From a virus, in the IMG/VR virus record IMGVR_UViG_3300020457_000004, positions 64,001 to 128,000 of that record: a stretch of 64,000 nt of DNA; one strand, given 5' to 3'. Below, one piece after another: positions 1 through 8,015 of this stretch. How positions within the stretch are numbered: position 1 is the first letter of the stretch; every line of letters begins with the position of its first letter. A model generated the notes under the pieces. It was not told the DNA's origin. It did not search any database and worked only from the letters and a program-made list of their open reading frames with translations. The position numbers and the translations under genes are program-made.

Positions 1-1142
1 TATATAAGTCTCATCTAACCGCGTTTGATGAAGCGAAAGAACTGGGCGCTGTTAGATATTTCTGGAACATAAGTTTTCTACAATGTTTCGCGTTGTATAA
101 AAGACTATGGGATAAAAACACACTACCACAAATCAAAAAAGATGTCATGGATAACATCAAAGAACATGGGATGCAAAGGGTGTTCTGGGATGCGTCAGCT
201 GAAGATGTTCAATCCCTGTACAAGAAATACTATTTACAGAACCTAAAAGAATTATTTTATAAAGAAGATTATGAGAAAGTATTTGAAAGACTATACAACA
301 TCATGCCCAAACAAGAACTCATATCAATCATTAATCAAGATAGTGTAAAAGATAATGATACTCTTGTCAAGTATTTTCAAATGCATGGGGAACAATATAG
401 TGACTTATACACAGGATTGTATGATGATGGCAATCCAGAAGGTGCATTAATACAACTATCTACCAAACAAAATGATACTGGGAATGAATTTAATGATATT
501 TTTGTCAATGGAAAAGAACATACACTAGATTCTCTCAAGACTGTAGTTGAAAACTTCAAGTTACAATGGGTTACATTTATGTGTGAAATCACAGACCCGA
601 CAAACTGTGACCAAATTGAGTCTATTTGTCGGTATTTTAAAGAAAAATTAGGCTGTACAGTTACCGTTCAAACATTTAAGTCATATATAAAAGACCTACC
701 TTTTGTTGATAGGGTTGAACATGTACTTCCTACACAACCAACCGAGAACGAAATAAAGGTAAATGATAGTATTGCTAGTGATATTCCAGTAAGTCTGGAA
801 ACATTGAAACGGTTTAAGAAGGATGAGGAAGTACGAACCAAGAAACCTAAGATGAAAGAGAAGGAACCAGTATGGTGTGACGCGAGGAAAAGTGAATATT
901 TTTATGTGAATTCGCAAGGCAACCTTTTTCCGTGTGCGTACATTGCTAGAGATGTAATGGAACACAAATTATTTCCTTATCATCCTATTGACTATACATA
1001 CAATTTCAAGTATAATGATGGGACGAAATTTAATATCGGTGAGATAATTTATAACCATGACTTTGAGAACATAAGTCAACACTTGAAGAGGAAACCCCTC
1101 AGCGTTTGTACCAGAAATTGTGGAGATTGCCATGCGAGTTAA
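1..1142 (+). CDS. 5'-truncated protein with C-terminal SPASM/twitch-like Cys cluster
   Basis: Frame is open from nt 3 to the stop at 1142, so the true start lies upstream of the window. C-terminus WCDARK..YVNSQGNLFPCAY...CTRNCGDC resembles the SPASM/twitch Cx9-15Gx4C..CxxxC pattern. Confidence 0.55.
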   Translation, partial: YKSHLTAFDEAKELGAVRYFWNISFLQCFALYKRLWDKNTLPQIKKDVMDNIKEHGMQRVFWDASAEDVQSLYKKYYLQNLKELFYKEDYEKVFERLYNIMPKQELISIINQDSVKDNDTLVKYFQMHGEQYSDLYTGLYDDGNPEGALIQLSTKQNDTGNEFNDIFVNGKEHTLDSLKTVVENFKLQWVTFMCEITDPTNCDQIESICRYFKEKLGCTVTVQTFKSYIKDLPFVDRVEHVLPTQPTENEIKVNDSIASDIPVSLETLKRFKKDEEVRTKKPKMKEKEPVWCDARKSEYFYVNSQGNLFPCAYIARDVMEHKLFPYHPIDYTYNFKYNDGTKFNIGEIIYNHDFENISQHLKRKPLSVCTRNCGDCHAS

Positions 1143-1944
1143 TGTAGTTTGTAGTAAATGGGGAGAAAAATATGGCCCGCACTTTGTTAACCGTCTTTAT
1201 AACATGTCTAAGCGCAATACACCTTCGACAATGGATTTTCATTTCTACTGTTATACGGACAACGATAAGGGATTATTACCAGATATTAAGGTTATACCAT
1301 TTCCCGATATCCCTACCATCCATCCTAAATACTGGTTCGGCGCTGACGAGTTTAAGTACGGCATGGCTCGCTGTTGGGACAGGCCTAAAACTTTCGTTTT
1401 TAATACTCACAATTTCGGCCCAGATAAGCCGACAGGACGCTTCATCTTCTTTGATTTGGATGTAATTATTCAGAATGATATTACACCACTTCTAACTTAC
1501 AACACAGAACAACCAACTAAAATGCGGTCTTGGTGGCAAGACCCGAAACCCATGAAGACTAGACAATTTAAACTAGCACATGGTGCGTACACGAATGGAA
1601 GTTGTCAAGTATGGAGTGATGACCAATGTGAACCTATATGGGAAGATGTATTAGAAAACCAAGAAAAGATATGGTTCACATATACAGATGGGACTGATAA
1701 CTATCACTCTTGGAGATGGGGTGAGTATGGTGCTAAACTATGGGATTACTTTCCATCATGGATGGCGTACTCATATAATAGAGGTAGGTCATGGGATGAA
1801 GATGATTTGAATGTGGGTATATACAGACCCAATTGTATTTTGTGTGTATTTAATGTAGATTTGTTACCGTTTGAGGATGAAAGCAGAGGACACACTAAAC
1901 AAGATGACCTCGCAGACCCCAAACTATTAGAACATTGGAGGTAG
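1132..1944 (+). CDS. glycosyltransferase-like protein (GT-A fold, phage GT8-like)
   Basis: VVCSKWGEKYGPHFVNRLYNM..FYCYTD N-terminus, FFDLDVII DxD motif, NGS motif. ATG at 1132 overlaps the previous gene. Confidence 0.75.
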   Translation: MRVNVVCSKWGEKYGPHFVNRLYNMSKRNTPSTMDFHFYCYTDNDKGLLPDIKVIPFPDIPTIHPKYWFGADEFKYGMARCWDRPKTFVFNTHNFGPDKPTGRFIFFDLDVIIQNDITPLLTYNTEQPTKMRSWWQDPKPMKTRQFKLAHGAYTNGSCQVWSDDQCEPIWEDVLENQEKIWFTYTDGTDNYHSWRWGEYGAKLWDYFPSWMAYSYNRGRSWDEDDLNVGIYRPNCILCVFNVDLLPFEDESRGHTKQDDLADPKLLEHWR

Positions 1945-1946
1945 AA

Positions 1947-2105
1947 ATGAAAAAACTTTGGAAACTATGGTGCATGTCTTTAGGAGAAAAGGCATCGGAT
2001 GATTCACACGAGGCTGATATGGTTGCAATAATGAGAACCATAGTTGTCTTGGTAAACTTCTTCACCTGTTTCTTTATTATATCGGGAGTATTGAGACATT
2101 GGTAA
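1947..2105 (+). CDS. small membrane protein, 52 aa (not in ORF track)
   Basis: ATG at 1947 after GGAGG. MKKLWKLWCMSLGEKASDDSHEADMVAIMRTIVVLVNFFTCFFIISGVLRHW*; stop overlaps the next ATG (TAATG). Confidence 0.75.
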   Translation: MKKLWKLWCMSLGEKASDDSHEADMVAIMRTIVVLVNFFTCFFIISGVLRHW

Positions 2106-2731
2106 TGATGAGTCCAAATTGGTTTATAGCCGAAGAACAGATATCAAAACATAATTGTATCTGGACAGGTGAGGTATCTATGGATACCTTGAATTATTAT
2201 AGAAAGTTTGTGGGTGAAACTTCAAACAATTATAACTTAGCAGGACATCTGGATAAACAAATAAGAATTGAGGATATGCCGTGGGAGGTTAAAGAAGATA
2301 TTATGAGTCACTTCTACAGACAAGAAGTACAACGGTATATGAAGATACATAAAGACACAAGTCATCCGTTATTACCTATTGGTTTAGAAAGCGTATGGAT
2401 TAACTATCAAAAGAAACACGAATTCAATCCTATGCACAATCATGGCGGATTGTTTTCATTTGTAATTTTTATCAATATTCCGTATAACTTGGAAGATGAA
2501 GATAAATTCTTCCCAGAAAAACAAGACCCAAAAACTTCAAGGTTATGTTTTGTGGTAAACTCACCAATGGGTGTACCAGAAGAACTGGCAATAAATGTTG
2601 ACCAAGGGTTTGAAGGAAAGATGATTTTGTTTGATGCAAAACTGCCACACATGGTTTATCCCTTTTATACTTCAGATGGTGAAAGGATTACCGCGTCTGG
2701 TAATGTAGTTTATGAGAGGGAACCATTTTGA
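2105..2731 (+). CDS. 2OG-Fe(II) oxygenase-like protein
   Basis: WINYQKKHEFNPMHNH...LPHMVYPF...ERITASGN: HxH, distal H and RxxxS(G)N motifs of phage 2OG-Fe(II) oxygenases. Confidence 0.8.
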   Translation: MMSPNWFIAEEQISKHNCIWTGEVSMDTLNYYRKFVGETSNNYNLAGHLDKQIRIEDMPWEVKEDIMSHFYRQEVQRYMKIHKDTSHPLLPIGLESVWINYQKKHEFNPMHNHGGLFSFVIFINIPYNLEDEDKFFPEKQDPKTSRLCFVVNSPMGVPEELAINVDQGFEGKMILFDAKLPHMVYPFYTSDGERITASGNVVYEREPF

Positions 2732-3411
2732 ATATCTACACAGTAAAGTGGGGTGACAAGTATAACTATCAACATGTCAATAATGTATATGAGGCGTGTA
2801 AAGAATTTTATACACCCCCAGATGGACACTTCGATTTCTTTTGCCTAACAGAAAATCCAAAGGGGTTAGATAAGAACATTACGCCACTCGCATTGCCTGG
2901 CGGAAACAAACTAGTGAAGTGGTGGAATAAGATGTACCTCTTTGACAGTAACATCGTCACGCAGAAAGGTGAAAAGATGTTCTTTGATATTGATACTATC
3001 ATTCAGAAAGACATAACTCCTATCGTAAACTATGACCCAGAGGATTGTCTTTGTTTCGTAAAGACATACTGGCACGATTTAGAAACTCAATATAAAAACA
3101 CTAGACACATTCCACATAAATATACAGATCTAAACTCTTCGGTTCTGAGGTGGAATGATAACTTAAACACAGAAGAGATTACAGAATACTTTAATAAATA
3201 TCAGAAACAAATACTATGGTACTATCGTGGTCTTGATAACTTCTTTTATAACAGAAGAATAACCAAAATCAAATTGTTTCCTATAGGTTGGGTATATAGT
3301 TTTAACCAAGGCTATGTCTTCCCACACGATATAGATAAACACACATACCGCGAACTACCTTATGTTTGTATTTTTGACTCAATGGGAAAAGGTGAAGATG
3401 TTAAATTTTAA
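2728..3411 (+). CDS. glycosyltransferase-like protein (paralog of 1132..1944)
   Basis: TVKWGDKY, FFCLTE, WWNK, FFDID (DxD), NSSVLRW. Confidence 0.75.
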   Translation: MNIYTVKWGDKYNYQHVNNVYEACKEFYTPPDGHFDFFCLTENPKGLDKNITPLALPGGNKLVKWWNKMYLFDSNIVTQKGEKMFFDIDTIIQKDITPIVNYDPEDCLCFVKTYWHDLETQYKNTRHIPHKYTDLNSSVLRWNDNLNTEEITEYFNKYQKQILWYYRGLDNFFYNRRITKIKLFPIGWVYSFNQGYVFPHDIDKHTYRELPYVCIFDSMGKGEDVKF

Positions 3412-4081
3412 TTTTTTAAATAACTTTAAATACTGGGGCGAGGCGTTACATGTTATAGAAAACAAAATGCCTCACAAACTTGTAGATTTTAGACAATCTC
3501 TACAGGAAAATAATATGGATGCTTCAATCTGGTTGGTTGAAGAACTGAAAGAGTACTTGGAAGAATATTATACCAAACAAGGTAATCTTAGAATATTAAT
3601 TCTTAATTCTTGGTTAGGTCTTCCTATGGTTCCTCTTTTATGTGAAAACTTAGATGTCGCACAAATTCATTTAGTGGACATGGATGAAGAGAGTATCAAT
3701 CTTTCTAAATCATTTCACAAGTACTATGCCCAAGAGAAGTTTGTAAACATTCGTCATTGGAATCTAGACATACCGTTTGAGTTTGAGAATCTAAATAAGA
3801 TTGATGTTGATATAGTAATTTGTATTCACACAGAACAAATGTATCCTCTAACAGAACTAGTGGGTAAGAATCCCAATGCCGTGTACGCGATGCAGAACTC
3901 TAATGTAGTTGAAGAGATGTATGGTATCAATTGTGTGAACTCAATCGAGGCACTAAAAGAACAGATAGGAATAGAAGAGTGTGGATATGAAGGAACCAAA
4001 CAACAAATATATTATTCTTGGGATGGTAAAAAGGAGTTTGATAGATTTATGATTATAGGACAGAGGGAAGGATTCTTCTAA
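3398..4081 (+). CDS. class I SAM-dependent methyltransferase-like protein (degenerate motif I)
   Basis: ILILNSWLG..IHLVDMDE..DIVICIHTEQM..MQNSN aligns by eye with 60967..61560 (IFGGWYG..SIDIDE..DVVINTSTEH..VQGNN). Confidence 0.5.
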   Translation: MLNFNFLNNFKYWGEALHVIENKMPHKLVDFRQSLQENNMDASIWLVEELKEYLEEYYTKQGNLRILILNSWLGLPMVPLLCENLDVAQIHLVDMDEESINLSKSFHKYYAQEKFVNIRHWNLDIPFEFENLNKIDVDIVICIHTEQMYPLTELVGKNPNAVYAMQNSNVVEEMYGINCVNSIEALKEQIGIEECGYEGTKQQIYYSWDGKKEFDRFMIIGQREGFF

Positions 4082-4716
4082 AAATCTAATAGTGGATATT
4101 CACTCATATCAATATCTGCTACCATCTGTTTCCATAGGTATTCATCTGGTATAACAAAACCAAATGTTTGACGCGGGCCTCTACTTCCAGCAGTATGCCA
4201 GTATGGAGTTTCGTCTTTACCACCATAATATCCTATCTTCACATTCCACCCTACTGGGTCATGGATAGTCACAACATTTCCATCTTCATCTAAGTGTTTA
4301 AAGAATCCACACCCATCACTATAAGACATTAAAATATTATAGCCTGGACAGTCCCAGTTATTATGCCAAGACATGAAACCACCAGCAGGATAGTAAACAT
4401 GTACCGCGTTAAACTTAGCACACAACCACGCGGATAATTCAGCACAAGTCTTCAAAGACTCTCTTCTAAGTTCTTTATCAACTCCATGTGTCAAATGAAA
4501 ATCACATACCTTCGCATACTCTGGTGGGCCTTTGTGGTCTTCACCCTTTGCCTGAACCTCTCTAAGATATTCTTCCGAACAATAGTAATCCATATCCCTG
4601 TCACCAAATCTTCTTTCGTCCATAGGTAAAGGTTGTATTGCGTTGTTATTATAGAAGTCCATCCACTTGTCGAGGATTTCTATTAACTCTGGATTTACTA
4701 ATTTTATTGTTTTCAT
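4078..4716 (-). CDS. putative 2OG-Fe(II)/cupin-type oxygenase
   Basis: YYPAGGFMSWHNN...YWHTAGSRGPRQTFGF: DSBH-like His/Arg spacing. Confidence 0.55.
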   Translation of the reverse strand: MKTIKLVNPELIEILDKWMDFYNNNAIQPLPMDERRFGDRDMDYYCSEEYLREVQAKGEDHKGPPEYAKVCDFHLTHGVDKELRRESLKTCAELSAWLCAKFNAVHVYYPAGGFMSWHNNWDCPGYNILMSYSDGCGFFKHLDEDGNVVTIHDPVGWNVKIGYYGGKDETPYWHTAGSRGPRQTFGFVIPDEYLWKQMVADIDMSEYPLLDF

Positions 4717-5417
4717 TTTAACTGAAAAGATTCTTGTTCTTTATATATTCTATCCAAGGTGTAGTGTGTTATAATAATAGGCATTCCCGCCAACTCTTCT
4801 GGTCGTTGTCCCATGCAGAAGTTCCATCTAGCATCTGGCCATGGGAAGTCTCCAACTTTAATTTTGTCCTTATATTTCTTTTCTAAAAGATACCACATAC
4901 TAAATGTATCCCACTTACAGACTTCTCTCGGATATGGTGATTGGTCATACTCTGGTCTAATCTGGTCACAGTATTGTTGAAACCAATCGTCCATCAATTC
5001 AAGTACAATAGGTTTCTTTTTATATACAAAGACACCACAATGATATATCATTTCCTCCGTATCATTTAACTTAGTTATCTTTGCATTGTATGGTCTGTTT
5101 CTAGTAAATATTATATCATTATCTTTTACAAATGTAAAGACCTTTTTTATATCTTCGTGTTGAATATAGGTGTCACAATCTATATACATTGTCTTTTCGT
5201 ATGGAGTTCTGGATAATGCCCAGAGTTTTGCTCTCACATGGTCATCACAATAAAATACATTATCAAACATACTTTTATCATATGTTCCATCCCACCTTTC
5301 TTCTGTAAAAAGTGTAATCTTTGCTTTGGGATGAAAGTCTAATAATGATTCAGCGGATTGAATAGCGGCTTGTAAATATCTTTCATCACGAGAAGCAACA
5401 TAAAGATATCCATTCAT
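4713..5417 (-). CDS. glycosyltransferase (GT8-like / nucleotide-diphospho-sugar transferase)
   Basis: GYLYVAS...AIQSAESL...RAKLWALSRTPYEKTMYIDCD...HCGVFVY...RWN...ITHY. Start taken at the ATG overlapping the upstream stop. Confidence 0.75.
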   Translation of the reverse strand: MNGYLYVASRDERYLQAAIQSAESLLDFHPKAKITLFTEERWDGTYDKSMFDNVFYCDDHVRAKLWALSRTPYEKTMYIDCDTYIQHEDIKKVFTFVKDNDIIFTRNRPYNAKITKLNDTEEMIYHCGVFVYKKKPIVLELMDDWFQQYCDQIRPEYDQSPYPREVCKWDTFSMWYLLEKKYKDKIKVGDFPWPDARWNFCMGQRPEELAGMPIIITHYTLDRIYKEQESFQLK

Positions 5418-5860
5418 TACGGTTCCGTTGGTAATGCTTCTTTTTGAATCAATATAGTAACCCATGCTTGTACTTCTAACTGGGTTTTTGCTTTACGAAT
5501 AAGTTTTTTGATTTCTTTGTTGTTAGAGTTTTTGATTGCATCGATTTCAAAAGCTTCTAGTTTCATATTGAATAATGATTCTTGCAGTATTCTGTTCCTA
5601 TGAACCTCGCGTTGTTCAGCATCTTTTAGTTCTTGTTCTGCTACAACCTCTTTGTGTGCTTCTGTATTTTCATCGATATCTTTTTCGGTGAAGATTTCCA
5701 TGATGGCATTAAAGTCCTCATTGACAAGACCTTCTTTGATATTACCAACATTGATTTGTGCTGGACGATAATTCTTTCCAACCAAAATCTCGCAGAATAG
5801 CGATCGGTTTTCTTTATCTATCCATCGGGGGTTGCGATATTTCGCCTTTTCTTCGGTCAT
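5417..5860 (-). CDS. hypothetical protein
   Basis: 147 aa ORF with GAGGA RBS and an upstream sigma70-like promoter; helical C-terminus. Confidence 0.7.
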   Translation of the reverse strand: MTEEKAKYRNPRWIDKENRSLFCEILVGKNYRPAQINVGNIKEGLVNEDFNAIMEIFTEKDIDENTEAHKEVVAEQELKDAEQREVHRNRILQESLFNMKLEAFEIDAIKNSNNKEIKKLIRKAKTQLEVQAWVTILIQKEALPTEP

Positions 5861-5881
5861 AATATTTCCTCATGATTAAAT

Positions 5882-5921
5882 GGGTAGGTTTATTATACAC
5901 CTACCCCACTATATATGTCAA
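5882..5921 (-). promoter_or_regulatory. sigma70-type promoter overlapping a terminator-like hairpin
   Basis: Minus strand TTGACA(5921-5916)-18 nt-TATAAT(5897-5892). The GGGTAGGT/ACCTACCC inverted repeat encloses the -10 box. Confidence 0.6.
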
Positions 5922-5924
5922 GTC

Positions 5925-6899
5925 TTAAGCGGTTCTAATAAACAGCTGTTTTGTTTCTTGCGTGGAACTTGAAGTTTGTACGGTGTTACCGTCATAGTAT
6001 CCAGTATATGTACCAGAATATGTACCAGCGTATGCACCATTTAAGAATCCAGCAAAGAATCGGTCATAAAACCCAGTATATGACCCAGTATAGTCTCCAG
6101 CGTATGCTACAGTTGAGATGTCTTTTAATTGGTCAGTCATCGTTGACCCCATCTGTACCCATGTTCCAGTAGCAGATGGTGAGCCAGTTTGAAGTAAATA
6201 TGTTCCTACTCCACTAGCAATAATTCTATTTCTAAATGCGGGCACCATTGTATGTAAGTTTGCAGTTGACATTTCGTTTGGTTCGCCATCGTCACCAGCT
6301 TTTAGTAACAAGTTTGAATCTGTTCCAGCGTCTGTAGTTGGTGCGGTTTTTTGATAAAGAAAGTATGAAACATCTGTACCGTCAACTTGTGTTTCTGTAA
6401 TAGTATATCTTGCAGTCCATGTTCCACCAGAAGGCGCACCAGTTCCAATTTTATATTGTCCGACTGTATTTGCATCTTCGGCAGCCATTGCAGTTATAAC
6501 TAAGTCTAATACTTCAGTATCTAATTCTGTATCTGTTGCTTGTTCTAAAGCGGTTCCTGTCCATCTAAGGGGATTGATTTGTCCAGACTCACTAACAGAA
6601 GCAGTTGGTTGATTGAATCGGTGTACAGTATCCGTAGTGCTTCCACCAGAGGGGTGAGTACCTACAGCATCAGTTCTCTCTCTGTTTGTGAATGTGCCGA
6701 TTTCATCTCCGCCAGCAGAACCCCCAATTACAACATTTAGCTCAGCAGTACCCGAACCGTCTGTATCATCAGCGAATTTCTTTGTGATAACTCCTGCTAC
6801 TTGGTCTTTTATTTCAGTAGCAGATAGCTCCCTAAGACCCTGTAGGCCCCCAGCGGGAGTCGGATATGATCCTGCTTTAAGTGTAACTGGCCCTGCCAT
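5925..6899 (-). CDS. virion structural protein with C-terminal (Y/F)xGx repeats
   Basis: Thr/Gly-rich, last gene of the baseplate/tail run; YAGDYTGSYTGFYDRFFAGFLNGAYAGTYSGTYTGYYDG. Confidence 0.6.
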   Translation of the reverse strand: MAGPVTLKAGSYPTPAGGLQGLRELSATEIKDQVAGVITKKFADDTDGSGTAELNVVIGGSAGGDEIGTFTNRERTDAVGTHPSGGSTTDTVHRFNQPTASVSESGQINPLRWTGTALEQATDTELDTEVLDLVITAMAAEDANTVGQYKIGTGAPSGGTWTARYTITETQVDGTDVSYFLYQKTAPTTDAGTDSNLLLKAGDDGEPNEMSTANLHTMVPAFRNRIIASGVGTYLLQTGSPSATGTWVQMGSTMTDQLKDISTVAYAGDYTGSYTGFYDRFFAGFLNGAYAGTYSGTYTGYYDGNTVQTSSSTQETKQLFIRTA

Positions 6900-6910
6900 T
6901 CAATTTCTCC

Positions 6911-7756
6911 TTAGTTGAGCAACGAACCAGATGAATTGTAGACTGCAAGTCCTCTGTGTTTCACCCAATTGGTCGCGTCTTGACATGTTAAAGTAATAGT
7001 AGTTTTCGCAGGCAGCGTTACAGCGGCATTTGCGGAACCACTTTCAATAGTATCCGATGAAGCGGGATACAATTTACAATCAGTTGTAGTGATATTAGCG
7101 ACAACTACATGTAGTCCAGCAGCAGCGGTTGGTAAAACAACTCCTTCTGCAGCTCCACCGACTGTACCGATTACATTAATTGTTTCAGTCAAAGCAGTTG
7201 CATCACCTTGAGCAGAACCAGCAGTTGAAACTGAAGCAGTTACTCCGTATTTCAACGAACCTAGCAATTCTGCGGAATCGTTTACTGTTATTTGAGATAA
7301 ATTACTACCACCAGAACCAACTTGTCTCCAACCACCAGTACTAACACCAACTAACTCAGCACCGTTTGAAGTTACTACTTCGATTGGTGCATTTGCAGAA
7401 CCACCATCTATGGTTTCTGTAGAAGCAGGATATACTTTAATAGTATTACCACTTACATTGTATATGTTGATTACTAGTCCAGCAGCGGCAGAGGGTAAAA
7501 TTACCCCTTGGTTAGCTGATGCAGTAGATATAATATTGTATGTTTTGGTTAATGCGGTTGCAGTACCCTGTGTACTACCAGCAGCGGATACCGTGGCAGC
7601 GATGCCAAAAGTAACATTGCCACTCGCAGTAAGAGTACCAACTGACACATTATTACCCGACTCATACTTGTCGTTGTTGAGGTTACTAAAGTTAGTATCC
7701 ACCTCAGTATTAGTGAGGGGTGAACCCTTAGATGCTCTTAGTGTTATAGTTGACAT
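6911..7756 (-). CDS. tail/fibre-associated virion protein with tandem duplicated domain
   Basis: N-terminal ITLRASKGSPLTNTEVDTNF module seen in phage tail proteins; two copies of VSxAGSxQGxATALT..GVxLPxAAAGL..KxYPASxxTIxxGSANA. Confidence 0.65.
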   Translation of the reverse strand: MSTITLRASKGSPLTNTEVDTNFSNLNNDKYESGNNVSVGTLTASGNVTFGIAATVSAAGSTQGTATALTKTYNIISTASANQGVILPSAAAGLVINIYNVSGNTIKVYPASTETIDGGSANAPIEVVTSNGAELVGVSTGGWRQVGSGGSNLSQITVNDSAELLGSLKYGVTASVSTAGSAQGDATALTETINVIGTVGGAAEGVVLPTAAAGLHVVVANITTTDCKLYPASSDTIESGSANAAVTLPAKTTITLTCQDATNWVKHRGLAVYNSSGSLLN

Positions 7757-7771
7757 GTCTCTTCCCTATCT

Positions 7772-8005
7772 TTATTTATCAATGTTATTAACAAGTTGCA
7801 TTAAAATGCTTTTGATTTCTTGGAAATCTTCTTTCAGACTATTTATATCATCTGACATTTCAGTTATTTGACTGTTTCTTTGATTCGCCAAATATTTTCT
7901 TCGTTTGTACGCAGCTAAACCAGAATTGTCTACATTTACCAAAGCACCAGATTCTTTATCTCTGTTATATTCTAAACTTGATACTTGTCCTAATTCGCTT
8001 GCCAT
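7772..8005 (-). CDS. small coiled-coil protein following the VrlC-like gene
   Basis: RDKESGALVNVD..then heptad-like C-terminus; this position and motif are typical of T4-like marine phages. Confidence 0.65.
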   Translation of the reverse strand: MASELGQVSSLEYNRDKESGALVNVDNSGLAAYKRRKYLANQRNSQITEMSDDINSLKEDFQEIKSILMQLVNNIDK

Positions 8006-8015
8006 ATTCTATTTA

